Shown here: one piece after another, positions 1 to 9,674 of the stretch
How the letters are laid out: the number at the start of each line of letters is the position of its first letter
Numbering within the stretch: the first letter of the stretch is position 1
Made by a program: the position numbers and the translations under genes
Origin: a virus
Taxonomy: Duplodnaviria; Caudoviricetes
IMG/VR virus record: IMGVR_UViG_2675903060_000001
Coordinates: 42,864 to 106,863 of that record
Strand: one strand, 5' to 3'
Length of the DNA stretch: 64,000 nt
The notes under the pieces: model-generated
Told to the model about the DNA's origin: nothing
Databases searched by the model: none
What the model saw: only the letters and a program-made list of their open reading frames with translations

Positions 1-1
1 C

Positions 2-517
2 CGCCGGGACGCCCTGGTCTGGCGCTGCGCCTGGAAGGTCGCCAAGTTCTGGGGCGACCCCACGCCCGGCGCCGTCCCGTACGACGTGATCGAGGGCGAC
101 GGCAATCTGCTCATGCACGGCGGCGCGTCCGCGATCTGGCAGGCGCTCCTCGGCAACGGCACCGCCACCGCGGGCCAGGGCCTCACCTTCTTCAACGCGG
201 CGAACGCCCACGTGGGCGTCGGCGACTCCACCACGGCGGCAGCCGCGACCCAGACCGACCTCCAGGCCGCCACCAACAAGGTGCGCAAGGCGATGGACGC
301 CGGCTACCCGCAGCACACGGACGGCACGGGCAGCGGCAACGCCACCGTGACCTTCCGCGCCACCTTCGGCACCGGCGACGCGAACTTCGCCTGGAACGAG
401 TGGGGGATCTTCAACGGGGCGGCGGGCGGCCGGATGCTGAACCGCAAGGTGGAGAACCTGGGGTCCAAGAGCGCTGCCGCGTCGTGGCAGCTCACCGTCA
501 CCCTCACCCTGGCGTAG
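2..517 (+). CDS. Virion structural protein (tail-collar/fibre-base-like), 5' truncated
   Basis: Frame is open back to the window start (RRDALVWRCAWKVAKFWG...); GDANFAWNEWGIFN...MLNRKV motif typical of actinophage fibre-associated proteins. Confidence 0.6.
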   Translation, partial: RRDALVWRCAWKVAKFWGDPTPGAVPYDVIEGDGNLLMHGGASAIWQALLGNGTATAGQGLTFFNAANAHVGVGDSTTAAAATQTDLQAATNKVRKAMDAGYPQHTDGTGSGNATVTFRATFGTGDANFAWNEWGIFNGAAGGRMLNRKVENLGSKSAAASWQLTVTLTLA

Positions 518-521
518 TCCC

Positions 522-1985
522 ATGCCTGCGGCGGTCCGCCAAGTCACGTCGGCCCCGTCCGGCACGGCAGCCGCGTTCACCTGCGCCCGCCCGCCCACCG
601 CCGTCGCCGGGGACCTGCTCGTCGCCTACCAGGCCGCCGACATCGGCGACCTGACCGTCATGGGCGCCCCGTCCGGCGGCGGGACGTGGAACCTGCTCGT
701 CGCCCGCCAGTGGGGGTCAGGCTCCGGCGCGGGCGTGAAGCTCTGGTACAAGACGCACGGCGCGTCCGAACCGACGAACTACAGCTTCTCCCAGAACGGC
801 CAGGCGGACGGCCTCGCCATCGTCGTCGCCCTGTCCGGCGCGGCCACCCCGATCCTGTACCAGCCGCTCGACACCTACACCCCGAACGTCTTCCCAACCA
901 GCCACAACACGCCCGGCATCACGCCAGGTGGGCCGGATGACGTCGAGCTGCGGTTCATCGGATCGCCGTCCGGGTCGGCCACCACGTGGGGAGCACCCGC
1001 CGGCTTCACCCCCGGCACGAGCGTGCAGTCGCAGATCTACACCACGGCCTCGCTCGCTCACCGCGTCCTGAGCTCGTCAGCCCCGACCGGCACCGCGGCA
1101 TTCACGTCCTCGCCCGGCCTGTCGCTGACGATGGGGTTCACGCTCGCGATCCCCTCGGCCGGTCCGGCGCTGGTGACCAAGAGCGGCAGCGACACCGCCG
1201 TGGCGGCCGACCTCGCGACGCCATCGGTGACGCTGATCCGCCCGGACTCGGCCACGCTCACCGAGGAGGCGGCGGCGGGCCCGGCCGCCGCCGACGCCGC
1301 CACCGCAGCCGAGGACGCGGCGGTGGCCGCCGGGCCCGGCACCGGCGACGCCGCGGCCCTGGCCGAGCAGGCATCCACGGTCTCGAGTCCTGCCCGCGTC
1401 GAGACGGGCGCGCTGGCGGACGTGTCCGCGCTGGTCGTCTCCCTGTTCCGGGACGACTCCGCCTTCCTGGTCGAGCAGGCCAACGTCGGGCTCGCCGCCC
1501 TGGACGCCGCCACGCTCGCCGAGACGGCGGCGCGGGAGGAGACGATCGGCCCGTCCACCGGGGACGCGGCGGGCACCGCCGAGACGGCAGCCGTCGCCGG
1601 CGCGGCGGGCGCGGCCGACGAGGCGGCCCTGACCGAGTCGGCGCGGGTGGACGTGCTCAAGCAGTCCAGCGACTCGGCGGCACTCGCCGAGCACGCCGAC
1701 GCCGGCCCCGTCGCCGCCGACGCGGTGGCCCTGACCGAGTCGGCGTCGGTGCTCGTCGTCATCGACGCCTCCGACAGCGTGACCGCCGCCGACGCGGGCG
1801 CCGCGCTCCGGCCGGTCGCCGCCATGGACTCGGCGACCGCCACGGACTCCGCCGCGGTGGCCGAGGTCGGGCGGGCGCTCGACAGCGCGGACGGGCCGCG
1901 CCGCCTGTGGCACGCCAGCCTCGCGCCGCGCCCGTGGCGCGCTGAGCCGCCCCGCCGGTCCTGGTCCGCGACGCACCTGACGTAA
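522..1985 (+). CDS. Fibre/whisker-like virion protein with C-terminal repeats
   Basis: N-terminal beta-rich domain (AGDLLVA...LWYK...EPTNYSF) plus about 13 D-x-A-x-L-x-E-x-A repeats. Confidence 0.6.
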   Translation: MPAAVRQVTSAPSGTAAAFTCARPPTAVAGDLLVAYQAADIGDLTVMGAPSGGGTWNLLVARQWGSGSGAGVKLWYKTHGASEPTNYSFSQNGQADGLAIVVALSGAATPILYQPLDTYTPNVFPTSHNTPGITPGGPDDVELRFIGSPSGSATTWGAPAGFTPGTSVQSQIYTTASLAHRVLSSSAPTGTAAFTSSPGLSLTMGFTLAIPSAGPALVTKSGSDTAVAADLATPSVTLIRPDSATLTEEAAAGPAAADAATAAEDAAVAAGPGTGDAAALAEQASTVSSPARVETGALADVSALVVSLFRDDSAFLVEQANVGLAALDAATLAETAAREETIGPSTGDAAGTAETAAVAGAAGAADEAALTESARVDVLKQSSDSAALAEHADAGPVAADAVALTESASVLVVIDASDSVTAADAGAALRPVAAMDSATATDSAAVAEVGRALDSADGPRRLWHASLAPRPWRAEPPRRSWSATHLT

Positions 1986-1995
1986 GGAGCCCACG

Positions 1996-2295
1996 ATGGC
2001 GGAAACGATCTCCAGCCTGTCGCGTGAACTGCTCCCCATCTGGGTGCGAGGAGCGAACGGCACCGAGGACGTCGAGATCGCGTTCACGAAACCCGGCGTG
2101 AGACCCGTCGAGGACGACTGGGCCGAAGCCGAATGGGACACCGCGTCGGTCACCGGGAAAGGCGCGACCGCGCGCATCCTGTTCGGCCCCGGCGGCACCA
2201 TCTCCCGGCCGGAAGGCACCTGGCAGGCGTGGGTGCGGGTGACCGCGCCGCCGCAGCTTCCGGTGCTGCCTGCCGGACTGATCGACGTCATCTGA
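1996..2295 (+). CDS. Small beta-rich virion protein (Ig-like)
   Basis: AAGGAG RBS; GTWQAWVRVT..PQLPVL..G.I.V pattern; lies between fibre and portal genes. Confidence 0.55.
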   Translation: MAETISSLSRELLPIWVRGANGTEDVEIAFTKPGVRPVEDDWAEAEWDTASVTGKGATARILFGPGGTISRPEGTWQAWVRVTAPPQLPVLPAGLIDVI

Positions 2296-2322
2296 CTCTG
2301 CGAACAGTGAGGGCGAAAGATC

Positions 2323-3897
2323 ATGCCGCTTCCGGACCATGACCAGGAGTGGCCGCCGCCGCACATCCGGCGCGAGATGCGGCTGTATGAGGAGTGGGGA
2401 GCCTGGTACGCGGGCGACCCGGACCGGCTGGCCGACGTGTACGGCGCGTCCGGGGCGGTGCACGGCATCGGCCTGGACCCGAAGGGCTGGGACCGGCCGA
2501 ACAAGAGCTTCGGCGGCTGGCTCCAGCGCGCGGCACGCTACTTCTGGGGGACGCCGGTCCCGGCCGGGCAGGTCCGCTCCACGAAGCTGCACGTGCCGAT
2601 CGCCGGAGACATCTCCGCGACCAGCGCGGATCTTCTGTTCAGCGAGCCGCCGACGTTGAGGATCGCCGGGAAGAAGTCGCAGGCCCGCCTCGACAAGATC
2701 CTGCGGGACGCCGGGGTCTACGGGGCGCTCCTGGAGGCAGCCGAGACCAGCAGCGCGTACGGAGGCGTCTACCTGCGGGCCGGCTGGGACACGGAGATGT
2801 ACGACCACCCCGTCCTCAGCGTGCTCCCGCCGGACGCCGCCGTGCCCGAATTCCGGTACGGCAAGCTCGCCGCCGTCACGTTCTGGCGGGTGCTGGCCGA
2901 GGACGACGACCGGCAGGTGTGGCGGCACCTGGAACGGCACGAGAAAGGCCGCGTCTACCACGGCCTGTACCTGGGCACGCCCGACCGGCTCGGCATGCAG
3001 GTGCCGTTGGAGGACCACCCGGAGACGGCGATCTACGCCGACCAGGTGGACGAGAGCGGCGGGTTCGACTCCTACTACCCGCGCGGCCTGCTCGTCTCCT
3101 ACGTGCCGAACATGCGCCCCCACCGGCTGATCCGAGGCACCAGCCTGGGCCGCTCCGACTACCAGGGCGTCGAACACCTCATGGACGCCCTGGACGAGGT
3201 GTGGACGAGCTTCATGCGCGACTTCCGCATCGGCAAGGGCCGCGTGATCGTGCCGGACATCTTCCTCGACAGCCTCGGCCGCGGCCAGGGCGCGTCGTGG
3301 GACCCGGACCGGGAGATCTACGCGGGGCTCGGCATGCTGCCGCCGCCGGGGTCGGCCGCCAACAGCATGTTGACGCTGACGCAGTTCGCGATCCGGGTCA
3401 AGGAGCACGTGGACGGCGGGAAGGCGCTCGCCGCCCAGATCCTGCGCGGCGCCGGATACTCGGCCCAGTCCTTCGGGGAGGCGGACGGGTCCGGGCAGGC
3501 CGTCACCGCGACCGAGGTCCACTCCCGCGAGCGTAAGTCCTTCAGCACGCGGGGCCGGAAGACGGGCTACTGGAACCCCACGCTCCAGTGGGCGCCGGAC
3601 GTGCTGCTGTCGATCGACCGGGCCGTGTTCGGGCAGAAGGTGGCCGCCGACAAGATCGAAGTGCATTGGCCGGACGGCATCCAACCGGACCCGGAGTCGC
3701 TGGGCCGTACCGTCGAGCTGTTCAACCGGGCCCAGGCCATGTCGCTGGAGACGAAGATTCGCACCCTGCACCCGGAGTGGGACGACCACCAGGTCATCGA
3801 GGAACGCAACCGTCTGCGCGACGAGCTCGGCCTGAACGTGCCCGACCCCGACACGCTCGGCGACGTGCTCGTGCCCGACGCCGCCGGCGACGACTGA
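2323..3897 (+). CDS. Phage portal protein (SPP1/A118-like)
   Basis: 524 aa; LHVPIAGDI...ADLLFSEPP, GRSDYQG, LDEVWTS, TATEV, MSLETKIRTLHPEWDD motifs. Confidence 0.92.
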   Translation: MPLPDHDQEWPPPHIRREMRLYEEWGAWYAGDPDRLADVYGASGAVHGIGLDPKGWDRPNKSFGGWLQRAARYFWGTPVPAGQVRSTKLHVPIAGDISATSADLLFSEPPTLRIAGKKSQARLDKILRDAGVYGALLEAAETSSAYGGVYLRAGWDTEMYDHPVLSVLPPDAAVPEFRYGKLAAVTFWRVLAEDDDRQVWRHLERHEKGRVYHGLYLGTPDRLGMQVPLEDHPETAIYADQVDESGGFDSYYPRGLLVSYVPNMRPHRLIRGTSLGRSDYQGVEHLMDALDEVWTSFMRDFRIGKGRVIVPDIFLDSLGRGQGASWDPDREIYAGLGMLPPPGSAANSMLTLTQFAIRVKEHVDGGKALAAQILRGAGYSAQSFGEADGSGQAVTATEVHSRERKSFSTRGRKTGYWNPTLQWAPDVLLSIDRAVFGQKVAADKIEVHWPDGIQPDPESLGRTVELFNRAQAMSLETKIRTLHPEWDDHQVIEERNRLRDELGLNVPDPDTLGDVLVPDAAGDD

Positions 3898-5783
3898 TGA
3901 GTGCGCCGACGCTGGCGCTCCCGGCCGCGCAGCAGGAGGCCGCGCAGATCGAGGCCGCTCTCGACCACGCCCGCGCGGTGGCCGCGATCTACTGGCAGGC
4001 CGAGCGCGAGCTGCTGCGCGTCGTCTCGGAGGCCCTGGCCAAGCGCGAAGGCGAACCGGAGTACGCCGGGCCGCGCTTCGCCGAAGTGCGGGCGCTGCGG
4101 CGCGAAGCCGACCAGATCGTGCGGCGGCTGGAACGGCTGTCGGAGCGGCTGGTCACGGACGGCGTCAACGCCGCATGGCGGCGCGGCGCGCAGCGCGCCA
4201 CCGGCGACCTGGAACGGCTCGGCTCCCGCAAGGGCATCCCGCAGGGGCAGGGCGTCATCGAGATCGCCCGGCGCGCGACACGGCTGGTCGCCTCCACGCA
4301 GCCCGGAATGCGGTCGGCGCCGGAGTTCCTGTTCCAGCAGATCGTCAACCAGGTGGCCGCCCAGGCGCTCACCGGCGCGATCACCCGCCGCCAGGCCCAG
4401 GCCCGCCTCCTGGACCAGGTCGCCCGCCGAGGCATCACCGGCTTCACCGACACCTCCGGCCGGGTCTGGTCCGCCAGCGCGTACGCCGAGATGGCCACGC
4501 GGACCGCGATGGCGCAGGCCGCGACGGACGGCCACCTCGCCACCCTCGCCGCCAACGGCATCGACCTCGTCATCGTCTCCCGGCTGCCGTTCACGTGCGC
4601 CCGGTGCGCCGTCTGGGAGGGCACGGTCCTGTCGCAGGAAGGGCCGATCGGGTGGCGGCGCGAGGAGTCCGCCGTCTCCGACGACCTGGTGGACGTGCTC
4701 GTGGAAGGCACCGTGACGCAGGCCCGCGCCGCCGGGCTGCTGCATCCCGGCTGCGGCCACACGCTCGGCGCCTACCTGCCAGGCGTGACCCGCCCGCCGC
4801 GGCCGGCCATGCATCCCGCCGGGCCGGACGGCTATCGGGCGTCGCAGAAGATGCGCCGCCTCGAATCCGAGCTGCGCGCCGCGAACCGGCAGGCGGCGGT
4901 CGCGCTCGACGCCGACCAGCGGCGCAAGGCGGCGGCCCGCGCCGACCGGCTCACCCACCAGATCCGGGACCACGCGAAGACGTCGGGCATCCCCGCCCGC
5001 GCCGACCGGGTCCGGCAGGAGACGATCCCGCGTGACCTCGACCAGCGCACGGACGAGGAACTAGCCGGACTGCTCGGCCGGTGGGCCGACGACGAGGCAG
5101 CGGTCGCCCGCATCACCGACGTGCTGGAGCAGCGCGACCGCGACCGCGACCGGCAGCGGGACGAGCGGGTGCGCGAAGCGGTCGCCGACCTGCCGCCCGA
5201 GTTCGCCAACGCCGGCGACGACCAGGTGCTGGAACTGGTGCGGCGCTTCTCCGACGAGGGCGACCCCGTCGCGCTGGAGCGGCTGCTGGAGGCGCTCGAC
5301 GCCCGCGAGCAGAACCCGACGTGGTCGTGGCGGTCCGACGACACCGCCGAGGAACGCGCCGTCACCGACCTCATCGCGGACGGCATCGACCCGATGGACG
5401 CCTACGGGCAGGTGTACGGCGTGGACCCCGAGCAGATGCGGCGGCAGGACTCCCGCGCGCACGCCGAAGCCCAGCGGCGGCCGGGCGAGACCCTGGACCA
5501 GGTCGTCCGCCGCCTGTACGACGAGTGGCTTGAGCTTCAGTTCATCGCCGCCGAACGCTACGCCCGCGGCGTCCTCACCAACGCGGCCGGGCGGGCGGCA
5601 GGGATCGACGGCCGGACGCTGCTGTCTGGGCCGCAGTCCCGCGCCGACAAGTACGCCTCGGAGGAGCTGCGCGCGTGGTGGGAGCAGCACCCGCGCATGA
5701 CGCTGGTGGAGTTCCGGGCGCAGATGCTCGGCCGCGCCTCCGACCGCAAGGCCGCCCAGCGAGCGAAGGAGCAGCGGCGGTGA
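3897..5783 (+). CDS. Phage minor capsid protein (MuF-like) with long C-terminal extension
   Basis: ATG overlaps portal stop (TGATG); GFTDTSGRVW..SAYAEMATRT, C..C..WEG.VLS, GLLHPGCGH motifs. Confidence 0.85.
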   Translation: MSAPTLALPAAQQEAAQIEAALDHARAVAAIYWQAERELLRVVSEALAKREGEPEYAGPRFAEVRALRREADQIVRRLERLSERLVTDGVNAAWRRGAQRATGDLERLGSRKGIPQGQGVIEIARRATRLVASTQPGMRSAPEFLFQQIVNQVAAQALTGAITRRQAQARLLDQVARRGITGFTDTSGRVWSASAYAEMATRTAMAQAATDGHLATLAANGIDLVIVSRLPFTCARCAVWEGTVLSQEGPIGWRREESAVSDDLVDVLVEGTVTQARAAGLLHPGCGHTLGAYLPGVTRPPRPAMHPAGPDGYRASQKMRRLESELRAANRQAAVALDADQRRKAAARADRLTHQIRDHAKTSGIPARADRVRQETIPRDLDQRTDEELAGLLGRWADDEAAVARITDVLEQRDRDRDRQRDERVREAVADLPPEFANAGDDQVLELVRRFSDEGDPVALERLLEALDAREQNPTWSWRSDDTAEERAVTDLIADGIDPMDAYGQVYGVDPEQMRRQDSRAHAEAQRRPGETLDQVVRRLYDEWLELQFIAAERYARGVLTNAAGRAAGIDGRTLLSGPQSRADKYASEELRAWWEQHPRMTLVEFRAQMLGRASDRKAAQRAKEQRR

Positions 5784-5947
5784 GCCTCACCGACCTCGAC
5801 CGGCGCGCGGCCATCACGACCGCGCGGTGGGCCGCGCTGCACGACCGGCCGGTCACCGAATGCCCGTACGACCCCGCCGGCGACGCGCGCTCTCAAGCGC
5901 TCGCGCTGCTGTGGGTGCGCATCTACCGCAGGTACCGGCCGGCCTGA
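5780..5947 (+). CDS. Small Rmf/CrpP-fold-like protein
   Basis: GTGA overlap with upstream stop; 55 aa with PVTECPY...LWVRIY motif. Confidence 0.55.
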   Translation: MSLTDLDRRAAITTARWAALHDRPVTECPYDPAGDARSQALALLWVRIYRRYRPA

Positions 5948-6026
5948 CGCCGGGCCGTACGCCTGTGTGATCCGTTGGGCCCGCCTGGCGCGGGCCTTCC
6001 TCTTGTCCGGCTCCGGGAGGGCCAAG

Positions 6027-6932
6027 ATGTTCGATCACTCGTTGCTGACGACGCCTGGCGCGATCATCGGCTACCGCAAGTCCGGCGCCCCGATCCGGCT
6101 CATCGCCGGAGGCAGCGGCGAAGGCGACGGCTCCGGCGGCGACGGCGGCGGCGCTGCTGGCGGATCTCAGTTCGGCGGCGAAGGCCAGCCGCAGGACGGC
6201 GGCGCCCAGCAGGACGGCGGCACGTCAGCGGCCGGGGTCACGCACCCGGACCGGTCCTCGTGGATCAACCCGGACGAGCCGATCAACCCTGACGCGATCA
6301 AGGTGGATCAGCTTCCGGCGTGGGGTCAGAAGCTGTTCCGCGACCTGCGGAAGGAAGCGGCCGACTACCGGTCCAAGATGGCCGACGCGCAGAAGGCCGC
6401 CGACGAGGCCGCCAAGAAGGCAGGCCCGTCGCCGGAGGAGGTCACCGCGCAGGTGCGGGCCGACTTCGCGCAGCAGATCGGCCAGGCGCTCGGCCTGATC
6501 GGCGGCGAGCAGGAGAAGCAGCTCACGCCCGAGCAGGTGATCGACCAGCTCACCGCTGAGAAGGACACGACCGCGAAGGAACGCGATCAGGAGAAGGAGC
6601 GGCACCGCCGTGCCCTGATCGAGCTGGCGGTGCACCGCGCCGGCTCGCAGATGGGCGCCGACCCGGAAGCCCTCCTCGACTCCAGGTCCTTCGTGAAGAA
6701 GGTCCGCGACCTGGACCCGGACGGCGAGGACTTCGCGACGAAGCTCGGCGAGGTCATCCAGCTCGCGATCGATGAACACCCGAAGTACAAGGCGGGCTCC
6801 CTGGCGGGGCCGCCTCCCCGGAGCGGAGGGGAGTTCGCCGGCGGGCCTGGCGCGCGTCCCAGCGGCTCCGAACCCACCATCGACGACTTCCGGAAGCGCC
6901 GCGCGGCGGCGGCCAAGGAGAAGTCGTCCTAA
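6027..6932 (+). CDS. Capsid scaffolding protein
   Basis: GGGAGG RBS; LPAWGQK..RDLRKEAADYR coiled coil, ADPEALLDSRSF; directly upstream of capsid gene. Confidence 0.85.
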   Translation: MFDHSLLTTPGAIIGYRKSGAPIRLIAGGSGEGDGSGGDGGGAAGGSQFGGEGQPQDGGAQQDGGTSAAGVTHPDRSSWINPDEPINPDAIKVDQLPAWGQKLFRDLRKEAADYRSKMADAQKAADEAAKKAGPSPEEVTAQVRADFAQQIGQALGLIGGEQEKQLTPEQVIDQLTAEKDTTAKERDQEKERHRRALIELAVHRAGSQMGADPEALLDSRSFVKKVRDLDPDGEDFATKLGEVIQLAIDEHPKYKAGSLAGPPPRSGGEFAGGPGARPSGSEPTIDDFRKRRAAAAKEKSS

Positions 6933-6938
6933 CGCGCT

Positions 6939-6958
6939 CGTTGGCGGTAACGCCAACG
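6939..6958. repeat. Dispersed 20-bp palindrome, copy 1 (CGTTGGCGGTAACGCCAACG)
   Basis: Read directly; intergenic between scaffold and capsid genes. Confidence 0.85.
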
Positions 6959-6980
6959 GCATCCGTCAGGAGAAGGCCCG

Positions 6981-7931
6981 ATGCCGAACACGTTCCTCAC
7001 CCCGTCGATCATCGCCCGGCAGGCGCTGGCGAACCTGTATGAAACCACGGTCATGGCCCAACTGGTCCACCGCGACTACGAGGCCGAGTTCGTGAACCGG
7101 ATCGGCGACACGATCACGATCAGGAAGCCCGCGATCTTCGAGGCCAAGAGCTTCAACCGGACGACGGGCATCGAGATCCAGAACGCGACCGAGGGCAGCA
7201 TTCCGATCACCCTCGACAAGTTCGTTGACGTCAGCTTCGCTGTTACGTCGGAAGAGTTGACGTTGGACATCATCGACTTCAACGCCCAGCTCCTTGCCCC
7301 GGCGGTCGAGGCCATCGCGCAGCGGATCGACCGCGACATTTTGTCGCTGCGCGCCGACGTCCTCCAGAGGGTCGGTACGGCCGGGACCACGGTGACCGGC
7401 GTCGGCGGCCCCGTCACCGGCACCAACGAGTGGGCGTGGGACAACCCGCGCGTGGTCATCGACGCGCGCCGCGTGCTGAACCAGCGGAACGTGCCGCCCA
7501 CGGACAGGTTCGTCGTGGTCGGGCCGGAGATCGAGGCGCAGTGGCTCGGCGACCCGCTGTTCCACCAGGCCGACACCCGAGGTGACACCGAGGGTCTGCG
7601 TGAGGCCAACCTCGGTAGGCGCGTCTTCGGTCACGACGGCTACCAGACGCAGAACATCAAGGGCCCGTCCGGCACGCCGACGACCGGCCAGCCGAACACG
7701 GAGATCGGCGTCGCATTTCATAAGACGGCGTTCGCGTTGGTGACGCGCCCGCTGGTGTTGCCGCAGGGCGCCGCGAACGCGCACGTCGAGTCCTACAAGG
7801 GATTCGCGTTGAGAGTGGTCATGGGCTACGACCAGGCCAAGAAGCAGGACATCGTCAGCATCGACACCCTGTACGGGGTCAAGACGCTCGACGCCGACCG
7901 CGCCGTGAAGATTCACGGGGTCGTCGCGTGA
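6981..7931 (+). CDS. Major capsid protein (P22 coat-like)
   Basis: AGGAG RBS; NTFLTP.II..ALANL, GDTITIRKP, AFHKTAFALVTRPL, SIDTLYGVKTLD. Confidence 0.92.
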   Translation: MPNTFLTPSIIARQALANLYETTVMAQLVHRDYEAEFVNRIGDTITIRKPAIFEAKSFNRTTGIEIQNATEGSIPITLDKFVDVSFAVTSEELTLDIIDFNAQLLAPAVEAIAQRIDRDILSLRADVLQRVGTAGTTVTGVGGPVTGTNEWAWDNPRVVIDARRVLNQRNVPPTDRFVVVGPEIEAQWLGDPLFHQADTRGDTEGLREANLGRRVFGHDGYQTQNIKGPSGTPTTGQPNTEIGVAFHKTAFALVTRPLVLPQGAANAHVESYKGFALRVVMGYDQAKKQDIVSIDTLYGVKTLDADRAVKIHGVVA

Positions 7932-8251
7932 GGTGGCGGTACGCGAACGCCAACACCGGCGACGTGGTGCTCCTGGACGAGCGTGACCCGTGCCTGGACA
8001 TGCTCCCCAACTGGACCGTCTCCGGTTCCACCAGCGTGGGGGAACCGGAGTCAGGCCCGTCGAACTCCGGCCAGGCTACGCCTGGCCGGCCGCCCGAGTC
8101 CGCGAACAAGGCCGCGTGGGTCGCCTACGCCGTGGCGCGCGGCATGGCCGAGGCCGACGCGAAGGGCCTGCGCAAGGACGCGCTCATCGAGGAGTTCGGC
8201 GAGAACTCCGACAACGACGACGAGGAGGGGGGCGGCGGTGGCCAGGACTGA
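7928..8251 (+). CDS. Small head-associated protein
   Basis: GTGA overlap; ANKAAWVAYA...KDALI helical motif common after actinophage capsid genes. Confidence 0.6.
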   Translation: MRWRYANANTGDVVLLDERDPCLDMLPNWTVSGSTSVGEPESGPSNSGQATPGRPPESANKAAWVAYAVARGMAEADAKGLRKDALIEEFGENSDNDDEEGGGGGQD

Positions 8252-8585
8252 CCTTCCGATCACGCCCATGCCGAAGGCGGGGCTGTCCCTGGCGGGCGCG
8301 CTGCCCACCGCGGCGGCCGTGGACGGACACGCCTTCGGCCACTCGGCGAAGCGGCTGGTCCGGATCCGGAACAGCTCCGGCAGCCCGAAGACGGTGACCG
8401 CGGTCATCCCCGGCGAGGTCGAGGGGCAACCGCTCGCCGACCGGCCGTACGTCATCCCGGCCACGACCGGCGACGTGCTGATCCCGCCGTTCGGCGACAT
8501 CTACGCCCAGGACGACGGCAAGGTGTACCTCGACTACCCGGCCGACCCGTCAGGGCTGACGGTCGCCGTGTACGAGATGCCGTAG
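8238..8585 (+). CDS. Putative capsid decoration/structural protein
   Basis: GTG start after GAGG; ARTDL...VRIRN...YAQDDGKVYLDY. Confidence 0.6.
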   Translation: MARTDLPITPMPKAGLSLAGALPTAAAVDGHAFGHSAKRLVRIRNSSGSPKTVTAVIPGEVEGQPLADRPYVIPATTGDVLIPPFGDIYAQDDGKVYLDYPADPSGLTVAVYEMP

Positions 8586-8595
8586 GCAGGCCGAC

Positions 8596-8988
8596 ATGGT
8601 GTACGCGAACGCGGACGACTACGCGGCCTACACCGGCAAGCCGGCCCCGGACGGGATCGACGCCGTGCTGGCCCGGGCCAGCGAGCGGATCGATGAACTG
8701 CTGGTGACGGCGGTCTACGCGGTGGACCCGGCCACAGAGCTGCCGACCGATGAGAAGGTGGCCGACGCCATCCGGCGGGCGACCTGCGCCCAGGCCGCCT
8801 GGTCGGTGGCGGTCGGCGACCCGTACGGCGTGGCCGCCGCGTTCAAATCGGTGTCGATCGGCTCCGTGAAGCTCGACCGCGCCGGCGGGGGCGAAGCGGG
8901 ACCGGCCCGGCATGCGCCGGACGCGGCGTCGATCCTGCGCGTCGCGGGCCTGCTGCCCGGCTTCGTGATCGACCAGGGCGCGTGGTGA
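8596..8988 (+). CDS. Head-tail adaptor
   Basis: YANADDY...LARASERIDELL...RRATCAQ...SVSIGSV; position in head-tail block. Confidence 0.8.
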   Translation: MVYANADDYAAYTGKPAPDGIDAVLARASERIDELLVTAVYAVDPATELPTDEKVADAIRRATCAQAAWSVAVGDPYGVAAAFKSVSIGSVKLDRAGGGEAGPARHAPDAASILRVAGLLPGFVIDQGAW

Positions 8989-8991
8989 GCG

Positions 8992-9303
8992 GTGCTGATC
9001 CCCGAGTGGGTATTCACGCACACCGCGACGATCGAGCCGTACGAGGGCGACGGCGCGTACGGCCCCATCTTCGGCTCTCAGGTGACGGAGCGGTGCCTGG
9101 TGGACGACGAGCGGCGGCTTGTCCGCAACGCGGAGGGCTCGGAAGTTGTGTCCGATACGACGATCTTCTTCCCGCCCGGCACGCACTGCCCGGAGGGGTC
9201 GCGGGTGACCGTGAACGACCGGACGACCACGGTCATCGCGTCCCATAACCGATCCGGTGGGGGCCTGCCGACGCCGGACCATACGGAGGTGGTGTGCCGA
9301 TGA
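8992..9303 (+). CDS. Head closure/stopper protein
   Basis: HTATIEPYEG.GAYG...RLVRNAEG.EVVS...P.GSRVT; position. Confidence 0.75.
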   Translation: MLIPEWVFTHTATIEPYEGDGAYGPIFGSQVTERCLVDDERRLVRNAEGSEVVSDTTIFFPPGTHCPEGSRVTVNDRTTTVIASHNRSGGGLPTPDHTEVVCR

Positions 9304-9674
9304 CGCAACGCGGCATCGACGTGGACGTGCGGTTGGACCTGCACGTCAACCCCGAGGCGCTGGAGGCCAAGGCGCGGGTGGCGATCGAGCGGGGTCTCCA
9401 GGCGGCGACCGAGCACGTGCTGACGGCGACCCAGCCGAAGGTGCCGTGGCAGACCGGCGACCTGGAACGGTCAGGGTCGGCGGTCGTGGACCGGTCGAAC
9501 CTCGACGGCGTGATCTCGTTCGATCAGCCGTACGCGGTCGCCCAGCATGAACAGCTCGACTGGGAGCACCCGCTGAAGGGCGAGCCGAAGTACCTGGAGA
9601 CGACCCTGTACGAGGAGGCCGAGGTGGTGCGGGCGATGGTGGCCAAGGCGGTGCGGAAGGCGCTCGGCGGATGA
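9300..9674 (+). CDS. Tail completion protein (HK97 gp10-like)
   Basis: VP..TGDLERSG...YAVAQHE...H...KYLE motif. Confidence 0.8.
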   Translation: MTQRGIDVDVRLDLHVNPEALEAKARVAIERGLQAATEHVLTATQPKVPWQTGDLERSGSAVVDRSNLDGVISFDQPYAVAQHEQLDWEHPLKGEPKYLETTLYEEAEVVRAMVAKAVRKALGG

